The translations under genes were made by a program, and so were the position numbers. Of a DNA stretch of 64,000 nt, positions 41,047 to 50,908 are shown piece by piece. The notes beneath the pieces were generated by a model that was given only the letters and a program-made list of their open reading frames with translations, was not told the DNA's origin and did not search any database. The stretch comes from an uncultured Fibrobacteraceae bacterium (GTDB lineage: Bacteria; Krumholzibacteriota; Krumholzibacteriia; LZORAL124-64-63): NCBI GenBank assembly GCA_964437115.1, contig CAYTFE010000002.1, positions 65,262-129,261 of the forward strand, read 5' to 3'. Every line of letters begins with the position of its first letter. Within the stretch, counting starts at the first letter, position 1.

Positions 41047-44000
41047 CTACCTGCGTATCAGCCCATACAATCTGATTTTTTTCAACAAATTAGGGTAACT
41101 AATACCCAAAATGCGTGATGCTTGCGACTTATTGCCACCAGTTCGCTTCAAAGCCCTGGATATTTCACGACATTCAACCTCACCCAAAGTTTCACGCAAA
41201 GGTGTAATTAAATCTCCATCAACGCTGCCTCGACCACTCTCAGCAACATTCGCAGGTAGATGTTCTTGATGAAGCGTGTCGCCAGATCTCATCAGGACCA
41301 TTGCTCTTTTGATACATTTCTCAAGCTCACGAACATTTCCTGGCCAACCGTAAGATACTAAAGCATCCATAAATGATGGCGTGTAACCAGGAACATCAAC
41401 TTGTGTTTCCCTGGCAAAACGAGTTATAAAATGATGAGCTAATAGTCTTATGTCTTTATGTCTATCACGTAAAGGTGGAATATATAGAGGGAAATCAGAA
41501 ATTCTATAGTAAAGATCTTCAAGGAAAAAAGCGCTTTCAGCTTGCTGCTTTAAGTCTCCCTTGCTTGCACAAATAATCCTGACATCGATGGTTTTTTCCT
41601 GTGTGGAACCAATTTGCCGCACTTTGTGTCCATCCAGAAATTGCAGAAGTTTGCCCTGCATCGACACTGGAAGTTTATTGATTTCATCCAGAAAAATAGT
41701 TCCACCCTCGGCTTCAGCCAAGAGACCCTTTTTGTCACCTGAGGCTCCTGTAAAACTACCCTTCAAGTGTCCAAAGAGTTCACTCTCGATCAGTGATTCC
41801 GGAATTGCTGCGCAATTTATGGACATAAACTTATTGCTACTACGATTACTTAAAGCATGAATAGCATAAGCAATAAGCCCTTTACCTGTACCTGTTTCAC
41901 CCTGAAGCAAAACAGTCAAATCACTATCTGCTACTTTTTGAGCTAATCCCAGCAACTCAAGCATTTTCTCGTCACCGGTAATAACATTTTCAAAACTGTC
42001 TATTCCAGCAACAGGCTTTGGTACAGACCCGGAATCTACACCACCATTTGTACGTTCCTGCAGGAACATGCCTAAAAAGCCCATATAGGCATAAATAAAC
42101 TCAAGTGAAGAGCTACGAAATTGGCCCTCTCCAGCATCTGTTTGTTTCATAGCAAGAAACAACAGCCCCTTGAAATTATCACGAGAAGAAACTGGTATAA
42201 ATGTGCAACTTGAAAAACTAGCCATCATATCTTTAACTGGTGTTCCTGAAAAATCGTGACTACTGACTGAAGAAAGTAGCAACGAAGAATTGCTGTCAAA
42301 ATCACAGCTTTCTTTGTACCAGGACGACAGCTCAGAAGCCTGATTACCAGGCAATCCTTCACTGGCAGCAGTTTTTAAAAGTGTACCTTTGGCATCGGGT
42401 ATATCAATTGCGATAAATCCCACACTTGCCCCACTACGTTCAATACAAGCATTTAGTACCGATGTTAAATTACCGGCCACTGCTCCATCACCCTTGAACA
42501 TTGCAGTAATATTGTCGCCCAACAGGCCAAAAGATTCTCCCGGCTTCATTGAGGATGACATCATCCTGCTCTCGATTCGTCCACGCAAATCTGCAATCGA
42601 CAAAGTTGAAGCATTCTCACCCGTAGCAGTTATTATTCTCTCTAGTTCCGCTACTGCCAACAGTGCCTCATCATATTCCTCAAGCTTGAGCTGGATTTCT
42701 GCCATGTCATGCTGCAACTCAATGAATAACTTCTCATCATGTGAAGTATCATAGTCGTCTATCAGCTTTACTAAATGGCGACGCATCAGTTTCAGCAGTT
42801 CCAGATCGGCGTTGTTGATCCTATGTCGAATAAATGCATTAAGGGATCGACACGCCTCAATAGGCAAATTCTGATCAATAAATATTTCAATTGAAGCAAT
42901 AAAACCTTCGTCGGCACCTTCTAAATTTCCAATGGCTTTATTAGCAATACCTAAAGATCTGTTACAAAAACCAAGTTCATAAACTTCACCACAAGAACTA
43001 CAAACTGCCATTGCTGCATTTGCTGCCTCGATAGCTCTGTCCCAATCTTTAGCAAATATATGAGCATCAGCACACCTGCGGAGTAACTCACCCTCAAGAT
43101 CAGTCACTGTTCCAACAGACTGCGCCCTATCAAGTCCAAGACCAAAACTGTAAAGAGCGGCATCTACTTCACCACGAGCTAGTAAAATATCTCCCAGATA
43201 TTCATCGGCAATTGTTGTTTCACGCCTGAAACCAGCTTGTTCTGAAAGTAATTTTCCCTCCATTACTAATTCTTCAGCTCTCAGCAGATGGCCTTCCTGT
43301 AATTCGAGATACCCAAGAGCTAGACAATTTTTTGCCTGGCGAGAAGCGTCACCAAGACTTTTGGCCAATCTCAAGCTATTCCCAAGACTTAATCTTGCTT
43401 CCGAAAAGCTGCCTACTTTTCTTTGAATTATTCCCATATTTAACTGGAATCTTGAAAGCAGATGAGCAGCGCCATGGTGCTCGGCAGTTGCAATAGCTTG
43501 TTTCTGAAGTTGAACCGCTTTCTCCCAATTACAAGCATTCTTTTGTATCAGAGCGATATTGTTCTGTGAGATCGCTATACCAATTTCATCTCCAACCCTA
43601 CGGAAGGTAGATGCAGCATCGTAATAAAACTCTTCAGCTTTAGCCAACCTACCAAGCCTGTGGTGGCAAACACCCATTGTCATCTGTAAATTAGCAACAT
43701 CCACATGGTTATCTGACACAGCCAAAATTGCAAATGCATGCTTGGAGATTTTTAAAGCATCAACATAATTGCCAAGCTGTATAAATAGAGAAGCTCTTCT
43801 GCCAAGAAGTAACGCATGTTCCTGCTCTGACAGAGCCTCTCCACTATCAGACAGGAGCTGAAAAGCTTGCTCAATAAGTGATGTTGCCAGTGTTAAATCC
43901 CCAATTCGCAGGGTTGAATCTATGGCTTTACAAAATACTGATAAACTAAGAGAGGGTTGAAGGTTCTCACAATAGTTGGAGTCAAGGAGTTTTGAATAGT

Positions 44001-44157
44001 ATTCCAATGCTGAGGTGTAAGCAGAGGCCTCAAAGTGCAGGTCGCCAACATCAATCAACCTTATAGCGTCATCCGCATGAGCCTTGTGAGGTTCTGAGTT
44101 GCTATTCTTTCCGTACCTACTAACCATAACAATTGTCCCCTGGCGACTGGGTGGCAA
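41047..44157 (-). CDS. Large sigma-54-dependent transcriptional activator (bEBP): N-terminal TPR array, GAF-like domain, AAA+ sigma-54 interaction domain and Fis-type HTH.
   Basis: 1036 aa. [15 protein letters not shown]alker A and [15 protein letters not shown] (a GAFTGA-loop variant) are present. The C-terminal HTH is ...[19 protein letters not shown]. The first 450 residues are repetitive TPR-like. The annotated start is TTG. Confidence 0.8.
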   Translation of the reverse strand: MPPSRQGTIVMVSRYGKNSNSEPHKAHADDAIRLIDVGDLHFEASAYTSALEYYSKLLDSNYCENLQPSLSLSVFCKAIDSTLRIGDLTLATSLIEQAFQLLSDSGEALSEQEHALLLGRRASLFIQLGNYVDALKISKHAFAILAVSDNHVDVANLQMTMGVCHHRLGRLAKAEEFYYDAASTFRRVGDEIGIAISQNNIALIQKNACNWEKAVQLQKQAIATAEHHGAAHLLSRFQLNMGIIQRKVGSFSEARLSLGNSLRLAKSLGDASRQAKNCLALGYLELQEGHLLRAEELVMEGKLLSEQAGFRRETTIADEYLGDILLARGEVDAALYSFGLGLDRAQSVGTVTDLEGELLRRCADAHIFAKDWDRAIEAANAAMAVCSSCGEVYELGFCNRSLGIANKAIGNLEGADEGFIASIEIFIDQNLPIEACRSLNAFIRHRINNADLELLKLMRRHLVKLIDDYDTSHDEKLFIELQHDMAEIQLKLEEYDEALLAVAELERIITATGENASTLSIADLRGRIESRMMSSSMKPGESFGLLGDNITAMFKGDGAVAGNLTSVLNACIERSGASVGFIAIDIPDAKGTLLKTAASEGLPGNQASELSSWYKESCDFDSNSSLLLSSVSSHDFSGTPVKDMMASFSSCTFIPVSSRDNFKGLLFLAMKQTDAGEGQFRSSSLEFIYAYMGFLGMFLQERTNGGVDSGSVPKPVAGIDSFENVITGDEKMLELLGLAQKVADSDLTVLLQGETGTGKGLIAYAIHALSNRSSNKFMSINCAAIPESLIESELFGHLKGSFTGASGDKKGLLAEAEGGTIFLDEINKLPVSMQGKLLQFLDGHKVRQIGSTQEKTIDVRIICASKGDLKQQAESAFFLEDLYYRISDFPLYIPPLRDRHKDIRLLAHHFITRFARETQVDVPGYTPSFMDALVSYGWPGNVRELEKCIKRAMVLMRSGDTLHQEHLPANVAESGRGSVDGDLITPLRETLGEVECREISRALKRTGGNKSQASRILGISYPNLLKKIRLYGLIRR

Positions 44158-44190
44158 TTAAAAAGTGAATACTACACTACTGGCATACCG

Positions 44191-44496
44191 TCAAAAAAAC
44201 AGTGCAACCGTTCTCGCTGTTCCTACCAGTATATCAACAACAGTATCAATACCTGTTAGATCACCGATAAGTTCATCTTCTTCACCGGGACCTGGATCAG
44301 GCATAAATTTATCCCCGGTAATTGCGTCATCAGGATCTCCTGTTGAAATAAATTCGCCAGATCCATTTATGCCAGAAGGAGAAGAAGACTCTCCCTCTTG
44401 ATACAATGGATCATCAGCAATTGCAGGAGAAATCAACGAAGTGGACAGCGCTGCACAAGCCAGTAGCAGAATAAGAATGTAATGATTTTTTTTCAT
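44191..44496 (-). CDS. Small secreted acidic Pro/Gly/Asp-rich protein (101 aa) of unknown function.
   Basis: Signal peptide MKKNHYILILLLACAALSTSLISPAIA, then a low-complexity acidic region ending in a hydrophobic ...TARTVALFF. Sits between the two bEBP genes. Confidence 0.45.
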   Translation of the reverse strand: MKKNHYILILLLACAALSTSLISPAIADDPLYQEGESSSPSGINGSGEFISTGDPDDAITGDKFMPDPGPGEEDELIGDLTGIDTVVDILVGTARTVALFF

Positions 44497-44612
44497 CTGT
44501 TTTACTTCCAGTTCAGCATATAATCAAAAAACGCATCTGCCTAAATAGCAGGCGGCTAGTCAATTATGTTGTATATATCTTACGTTTTATCTTTAGATGT
44601 GTCAAATGAGTA

Positions 44613-45974
44613 CTAAGTAGATGGCTCGGTATCTAATGCATATTTGTTAATTTTCTTATACAAATTACTTCTCTGCATTCCAAGTTTTCCTGCTGTTTTA
44701 CTGATATTATAGCGATTCTCTTTCAGTTTATGTTGCAAAAACAACGCTTCAGACTGTTCCTTGAACTCTAAGAACTCTTCACAATCCATAATTTCAGGAA
44801 ATACTGATGCATCCCTGTCTGAAGTACTTGTCAACAATGGAATATCCTTCAAGCCTATCGTTTCTCCTGGTGTAAGTATCAGTAACCTTTCTACAAGATT
44901 GCGAAGTTCTCTCACATTCCCGGGCCAGTCGTGTAATTCAAGAAACTGATATGCCTCCACAGTAAATTCTTTAGCGTCGACTTTCATATTCTGAGAAATC
45001 AACTTCATGAAGTAATCCAGGAGCAACCTGACATCACCATCTCTGTCACGCAGAGGAGGCAAATGAACTGCCAGGACATTCAGCCTGAAAAACAAATCTT
45101 GCCGAAAACCCGTCTCAGGATCTGATAAGTCTCTATTAGTTGCAGCAATAATCCTGACATCTACTTGTCTCACTTCATTACTACCAACACGTTCAAATTT
45201 GCTCTCTTCAACAGCCTTCAAAACCTTGGCCTGTGCTTCAGGACTCATATCCCCAATTTCATCCAGGAAAAGAGTTCCTCCGTCAGCCTGTTCGAATTTA
45301 CCAACTCGCATCTTTTCAGCGCCCGTAAAACTCCCCTTTTCGTGACCAAACAATTCGCTCTCAACCAACTCTGATGGAATAGCAGCGCAGTTTACCTCGA
45401 CAAGTGGGTTTGAATGACGATTGCTACCGGCGTGAATAGCCTTTACAACAAGCTCCTTGCCTGTTCCATTTTCACCAGTAATAAGAACTGTTGCATCTGT
45501 AGGTGCTACTTGATCAATAAATTTATGTACTTCTTGCATCAAAGAACATTGACCAATCAGAGGAGTATTATAACCGGTTCCATCTCGTAATCTATTTCTG
45601 TCTTCTTGAATTTGTGTGAACTCAATTCCATTTTTCAGCGTCAATAGCAACCGGGATCGATCCAACGGTTTTTCCAGAAAATCGTACGCTCCCATCTTCA
45701 CAGCTTCGACAGCTGTATCAATGTCGCCATGACCTGAAATCACAATTACCGGCATTCCATACCCGAGTTCATTAAACTTGGCAAGGACTTCAAAACCATC
45801 CATGCCAGGCATCTTGATATCTAGAAATACAGCATCGACCTGATTTTCTGCCATAACAGACAAAGCCGATGGTCCATCACCAGCGGTTAAAACATTATAT
45901 TTTTCATAAGTTAGTATCTGCTCAAAAGTTGAACGGATAGCAGCCTCGTCATCTATTATTAAAACTGTTTTCAC
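44613..45974 (-). CDS. NtrC-family response regulator (REC, sigma-54 AAA+ domain and Fis HTH).
   Basis: 453 aa. REC domain (MKTVLIIDDE...D...K), GENGTGKELVVKAIH, ESELFGHEKGSFTGA and a C-terminal HTH are all present. No histidine-kinase gene lies adjacent. Confidence 0.85.
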   Translation of the reverse strand: MKTVLIIDDEAAIRSTFEQILTYEKYNVLTAGDGPSALSVMAENQVDAVFLDIKMPGMDGFEVLAKFNELGYGMPVIVISGHGDIDTAVEAVKMGAYDFLEKPLDRSRLLLTLKNGIEFTQIQEDRNRLRDGTGYNTPLIGQCSLMQEVHKFIDQVAPTDATVLITGENGTGKELVVKAIHAGSNRHSNPLVEVNCAAIPSELVESELFGHEKGSFTGAEKMRVGKFEQADGGTLFLDEIGDMSPEAQAKVLKAVEESKFERVGSNEVRQVDVRIIAATNRDLSDPETGFRQDLFFRLNVLAVHLPPLRDRDGDVRLLLDYFMKLISQNMKVDAKEFTVEAYQFLELHDWPGNVRELRNLVERLLILTPGETIGLKDIPLLTSTSDRDASVFPEIMDCEEFLEFKEQSEALFLQHKLKENRYNISKTAGKLGMQRSNLYKKINKYALDTEPST

Positions 45975-46076
45975 AACATTCTCCCAGAAAACTTGCTACC
46001 AGTGTAACAATCGGTTATGACTTACCTGTCCAACTTTCACTGTAACTGACTTCATGTCAAGACCAGAACGGCATTT

Positions 46077-47108
46077 TTGATGAAACAACTAATCAGAGAT
46101 ATACCAATAAAGTCCATTCCTGAGCTTGTTGCATCGATGAACCAACCAGAATTCAGAAGCAAACAGCTTCAACAATGGTTATGTGAAAAAGGTGCCATTG
46201 AATGGGATCATATGTCTAATATACCAACATTTCTGCGTAATCAACTTGCTGATAAATTTGCACTTTCCGGACTAAGCATTGCTGAACAACAAGTGTCGTC
46301 CGATGGAACTAAAAAATTCCTGTTTGTGCTTAGAGATGAGCAAACTATTGAGAGTGTAATTATTCCCATGGACAAACATTACACTTTTTGTGTTTCTTCA
46401 CAGGTCGGGTGCGCAATGGGTTGCTCTTTTTGTGCGACTTCCCGTGGCGGGCTTGTACGAAATTTAACCAGCGCTGAAATTGTTGAACAAGTCATTCATT
46501 TGCAAAAATATATTTCAGACAATAAACCTAAAAGCTGGAACATTGTCTTTATGGGTATGGGCGAGCCGCTGGATAATTGGGATAATGTAGCTGCTGCTAT
46601 AAATACACTTGTCGATGTGCAAGGGTTTGATATATCACCCCGCCGGATCACAATTTCAACTTCGGGCCACATTGCAGGCCTTAAAAAAATGTTGCGTAGT
46701 GAATATGGTGTCGGACTCACTGTCTCAGTTAACAGCTGTGATGATGTCGTGCGAAAGAAGCTGATGCCTATCCCAGGCCGGACCCCCTTGCCAGAAATTC
46801 TTGATGCTGCTGAAGAATATTCCAAACGGCTTTTTGGCGGAATAACAATTGCTTATGTGTTGCTTGCGGGAATTAACGACAGCAAATCAGATGCTAAAGT
46901 GCTTGCTAGTCTCGTCAGAGACAGACCTTTTAAGGTCAACCTGATTCCACTTAATGCAATCAATGATAAACAAAAAAAACCACAGGACGATGAAATCCTG
47001 CAGTTTCAAAAAGCGTTAGCTTCACATGGTGTCAGATCATTCGTCCGATCCAGCAGTGGTGAAGACATAGATGCGGCTTGTGGACAGTTGCGAAACAAGC
47101 ACAAATAG
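46077..47108 (+). CDS. rlmN: 23S rRNA m2A2503 / tRNA methyltransferase RlmN (radical SAM).
   Basis: 343 aa with the CAMGCSFCAT radical-SAM cysteine motif. Confidence 0.85.
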   Translation: MMKQLIRDIPIKSIPELVASMNQPEFRSKQLQQWLCEKGAIEWDHMSNIPTFLRNQLADKFALSGLSIAEQQVSSDGTKKFLFVLRDEQTIESVIIPMDKHYTFCVSSQVGCAMGCSFCATSRGGLVRNLTSAEIVEQVIHLQKYISDNKPKSWNIVFMGMGEPLDNWDNVAAAINTLVDVQGFDISPRRITISTSGHIAGLKKMLRSEYGVGLTVSVNSCDDVVRKKLMPIPGRTPLPEILDAAEEYSKRLFGGITIAYVLLAGINDSKSDAKVLASLVRDRPFKVNLIPLNAINDKQKKPQDDEILQFQKALASHGVRSFVRSSSGEDIDAACGQLRNKHK

Positions 47109-47111
47109 GAA

Positions 47112-47531
47112 CTATACTAAATCGGATAGTGTAGTTTCACTCAATGCTTTTTCCAGAGCATTTTGTGCTTTCTGCCAAACTCTGCTCATAGCACAATCTC
47201 CTGACCTATTGCAAGGATCAACTTTCCGCATGCAATGGTTCAGAGCAATCCCGCCCTCGCAAATATCTACAATCTCAAAAAGTGTTATTTTAGAAGGATC
47301 TTTTCCAAGAGAAAATCCACCTTTAACCCCACGATGTGATTTAATGATATTTTTCTGTGTGAGTGATTGGAATATCTTGGCCAAAAATGCCTCTGATACC
47401 AGGCATGCATCAGCTAGTTCTTTAAGTCTGACAGGAGAATCTTCATCCCGCCCGACCAGCTCCATCAATCCCCTGATAGCGTATTCTGTCTGTCTAGTTA
47501 TCTGCAACATTAGCTTACTTCCATTTCCCAA
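47112..47531 (-). CDS. Rrf2-family transcriptional regulator (IscR/NsrR-like, three conserved Cys).
   Basis: 139 aa with an N-terminal wHTH (MLQITRQTEYAIRGLMEL) and a C-x5-C...C cluster. Confidence 0.75.
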   Translation of the reverse strand: MGNGSKLMLQITRQTEYAIRGLMELVGRDEDSPVRLKELADACLVSEAFLAKIFQSLTQKNIIKSHRGVKGGFSLGKDPSKITLFEIVDICEGGIALNHCMRKVDPCNRSGDCAMSRVWQKAQNALEKALSETTLSDLV

Positions 47532-47591
47532 AGTTAATCTACTGAATCATGACAAAGATGAGCATTAAAGTCCTGTTGTCAAATTCTCACA

Positions 47592-50500
47592 TCACATTGA
47601 TCGCCTATATTGACCACCGACCTCATAAAGAGCGTTAGTTATTTCACCCATAGAGCAATGCTTTACAGTATTCATCAACTCAACAAATACGTTCTCCCCC
47701 CCCAGAACTGCCTTGCGGAGTGCTTCCAAAGATTGGGATGATTTGTCGCTATTTTCAGATTTAAACTCTGCCAAATCTATTAAACGTTGATTCTTTTCCT
47801 GGCTGCCACATCGAGCCAGATGAAGCTCGTTACTGTCTGCTTGAGCTACATTGGTGCTGAGGTATGTGTTCACCCCTATAATTGGCAATTCACCAGAATG
47901 CTTTTTGTGTTCATATAAAAGGCTCTCTTCCTGAATCTTTCCGCGTTGGTACTGAGTTTCCATTGCACCAGGAACACCTCCACGTCGGGAGATATTTTCA
48001 AACTCAACAAGTACTGCCTCTTCCACAAGCTCTGTCATCTCATCAATAAATGCTGAACCTTGCAGCGGGTTTTGGTTTTTGGCCCAACCGAGTTCGCGAT
48101 TGATAATCATTTGGATTGCCATTGCACGTCGGACCGACTCTTCACTTGGCGTGGTAATCGCTTCATCGTAAGAATTGGTATGTAACGAGTTGCAGTTATC
48201 ATATATTGCCATCAACGCCTGTAAGGTTGTGCGAATATCATTGAAATCAATTTCTTGTGCATGCAAAGATCGGCCCGATGTCTGAATATGATATTTAAGC
48301 TTTTGTGAACGCTGGTTTGCACCATATTTATCACGCATTGCTACAGACCATATTCGACGCGCAACTCTGCCTATTACAGTGTATTCCGGGTCAAGTCCAT
48401 TGCTGAAAAAGAATGACAGGTTTGGGGCAAAGTCATTTATATCCATACCTCTACTGAGGTAATATTCCACGTAAGTAAAACCGTTGGCCAAAGTAAATGC
48501 CAACTGGCTAATTGGGTTGGCTCCAGCTTCTGCAATGTGGTAACCACTGATTGATACCGAATAATAATTACGTACTTCGCAGTCTATAAAATATTGCTGC
48601 ACATCGCCCATAAGTTTCATAGCAAATTCAGTAGAAAATATGCAAGTGTTTTGAGCTTGATCTTCCTTTAAAATATCTGCCTGTACTGTACCTCGGATAT
48701 TGGAAAGCGTGTGTTTCCTAACTTCAGCGATTTCATCTTTGTTCAACTCCCGACCAAGCTCATCCTGTTTTTTCTGAAGTTGCTGATCGATTGCAACGTT
48801 GAAATACATCGCCAGCATAATTGGAGCAGGGCCATTTATGGTCATTGAAACACTGGTGTTTGGATGGCACAAATCAAAGCCGTCATAGAGAGTTCTTACA
48901 TCATCAATGGTACATATTGAAACCCCACCCTCACCAATCTTACCAAAAATATCTGGGCGCTCTTCCGGATCTTCACCATAAAGAGTCAGACTGTCGTAGG
49001 CTGTGGAGAGCCTTTTCGCATCATCATCTTTGCTGAGATAATGGAATCGCCGGTTTGTTCTTTCTGGAGATCCTTCGCCAGCAAACTGGCGCTTTGGTTC
49101 TTCATCTGCCCTCTTGAAAGGGAACACTCCAGCAGTAAAAGGAAAATGCCCGGGAGCACCTTCCAGCCTTGAGTAGATCAAACGATCGCCGGGATCAGTA
49201 AAAACAGGGAAAGCAACCCGAGGAATGCGCGTTCCTGAAAGAGAACTTGTTGCAGTTTCAAATGTCAGTTCCCTGGCTCTCACTTTAACATGAACTTCAT
49301 CTTCTGAGTAACTGCCCATCAAGTCATCCCACTGTTGCAACTCCATTAGCAGGCCGTCTACATTGGAGTCAGCTAACTGTTGTGAAATTTCCTTGTTTTC
49401 AGGAATTTGCTTTTGAACAGTTTGTAAAGCTGCATGCTTACGAAGTAATTCTGCATCAATATGAACTTGTTGTTTATATGTTCTGACCAGATCGGCTATA
49501 TCACCAAGGTAATTTATTTTTCCAGTAGGAATTATCGCTGCCTGGCCCGATGTAGTTTTGGACATCTCAATTTGTCCTGTATTAAATAAAGCATTATTCA
49601 ACCAGCTGAAAAGAGCGTTAACACCATCATCGTTGAATCGACTGGCAATTGTACCAAATATCGGCAAATCCTGATCTTCAATTTCAAAACCGTTTCTGCT
49701 GCGACGCCATTGTTTCTTCACATCGCGTAAGGCATCTTCACTACCAGTACGATCAAACTTGTTCACAGCAACTGCACTCGCATAATCGATCATGTCGATT
49801 TTTTCAAGTTGAGTAGCAGCCCCAAATTCACTGGTCATAACATATACTGAGAGATCACTGATATCAGCTACGGCAGAGTCTCCCTGACCGATTCCACTTG
49901 TTTCAATAATTACCAAATCAAAGCCGGCAGACCTAACAAGAGGCAGGCAATCTGAAAGTGCCTTACTCAGCTCACCTCGTGCGCCACGCGTGCCAAAACT
50001 ACGCATAAAACATCTGTCACCATAAACTGCGTTCATCCTGATTCGGTCGCCAAGCAAGGCTCCGCCGGTTTGTCTTTTACTGGGATCAACTGCAAGTAAA
50101 GCAATTTTTAAATCTGGGGAGCTTGAAATAAATCTTCTGATTAATTCATCAGTTAATGAGCTTTTACCGGCTCCGCCTGTGCCAGTAATGCCAAGCACTG
50201 GAGGTAAATTGTTGGAATCTGAATCAGATATTTCACTAGTTCCATTTTCAACATTTGAAAGTTCCACAGCAAGATTGAAGTTCTCGGCAACACAAGTTGG
50301 TTTTTGTCCATTAACCTTATTTCTCTGCCCCCGGCGAACATGTACCCTCTTATTCATATCATCAATTATGCCCTGCAAGCCTAATTCACGGCCATCATCA
50401 GGAGAATATATTTTGTCGATTCCATCATCTTCAAGAGCTTTGATTTCATCTGGGATAATGACTCCCCCACCACCACCAAAGATTGCTATGTGTTGCAAGC

Positions 50501-50804
50501 CTCTTTCATCCAATTCCGATCTGAGAAATCGGAAAAACTCATTATGTCCACCCTGGTAACTACTGATTGCAATTGCATCAGCATCTTCTTGCAATGCTGC
50601 ACGAACAATGTCGGGTACTGATCTATTATGCCCCAGATGAATAACTTCGTTTCCAGATTTCTGAAGAAGCCTGCGAATGATATTTATCGATGCATCGTGA
50701 CCATCGAATAAAGAAGCAGCTGTTACAAATCTTAGCGGTATTGTTTGAGCGGTGGACATGCAGCCTCCAGAGTGCTGTCTAAAGTTTCTATCTTCATTAA
50801 CCAC
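47592..50804 (-). CDS. icmF: Fused isobutyryl-CoA mutase IcmF (B12-binding domain, MeaB-like GTPase and mutase substrate domain).
   Basis: 1070 aa. B12 DxHxxG (DGHDASINII), a P-loop GITGTGGAGKSS and the C-terminal methylmalonyl-CoA-mutase-like barrel. Confidence 0.8.
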   Translation of the reverse strand: MVNEDRNFRQHSGGCMSTAQTIPLRFVTAASLFDGHDASINIIRRLLQKSGNEVIHLGHNRSVPDIVRAALQEDADAIAISSYQGGHNEFFRFLRSELDERGLQHIAIFGGGGGVIIPDEIKALEDDGIDKIYSPDDGRELGLQGIIDDMNKRVHVRRGQRNKVNGQKPTCVAENFNLAVELSNVENGTSEISDSDSNNLPPVLGITGTGGAGKSSLTDELIRRFISSSPDLKIALLAVDPSKRQTGGALLGDRIRMNAVYGDRCFMRSFGTRGARGELSKALSDCLPLVRSAGFDLVIIETSGIGQGDSAVADISDLSVYVMTSEFGAATQLEKIDMIDYASAVAVNKFDRTGSEDALRDVKKQWRRSRNGFEIEDQDLPIFGTIASRFNDDGVNALFSWLNNALFNTGQIEMSKTTSGQAAIIPTGKINYLGDIADLVRTYKQQVHIDAELLRKHAALQTVQKQIPENKEISQQLADSNVDGLLMELQQWDDLMGSYSEDEVHVKVRARELTFETATSSLSGTRIPRVAFPVFTDPGDRLIYSRLEGAPGHFPFTAGVFPFKRADEEPKRQFAGEGSPERTNRRFHYLSKDDDAKRLSTAYDSLTLYGEDPEERPDIFGKIGEGGVSICTIDDVRTLYDGFDLCHPNTSVSMTINGPAPIMLAMYFNVAIDQQLQKKQDELGRELNKDEIAEVRKHTLSNIRGTVQADILKEDQAQNTCIFSTEFAMKLMGDVQQYFIDCEVRNYYSVSISGYHIAEAGANPISQLAFTLANGFTYVEYYLSRGMDINDFAPNLSFFFSNGLDPEYTVIGRVARRIWSVAMRDKYGANQRSQKLKYHIQTSGRSLHAQEIDFNDIRTTLQALMAIYDNCNSLHTNSYDEAITTPSEESVRRAMAIQMIINRELGWAKNQNPLQGSAFIDEMTELVEEAVLVEFENISRRGGVPGAMETQYQRGKIQEESLLYEHKKHSGELPIIGVNTYLSTNVAQADSNELHLARCGSQEKNQRLIDLAEFKSENSDKSSQSLEALRKAVLGGENVFVELMNTVKHCSMGEITNALYEVGGQYRRSM

Positions 50805-50863
50805 TATAACAGCCAGATAGTTGCAAAGTCCAGCAGATGGTTGTCAATTTATGTAATGAACCG

Positions 50864-50893
50864 TTGACATTTACTACAAATTACTGTTAAAAA
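50864..50893 (+). promoter_or_regulatory. Possible sigma-70-type promoter for the acyl-CoA synthetase gene.
   Basis: TTGACA at 50864-69, then a poor A-rich -10 region (TTAAAA/TAAAAAT) 17-18 nt downstream. Weak, and probably not the native consensus if the organism has a Bacteroidetes-type sigmaA. Confidence 0.25.
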
Positions 50894-50908
50894 TAGAAGA
50901 GATAAGCA

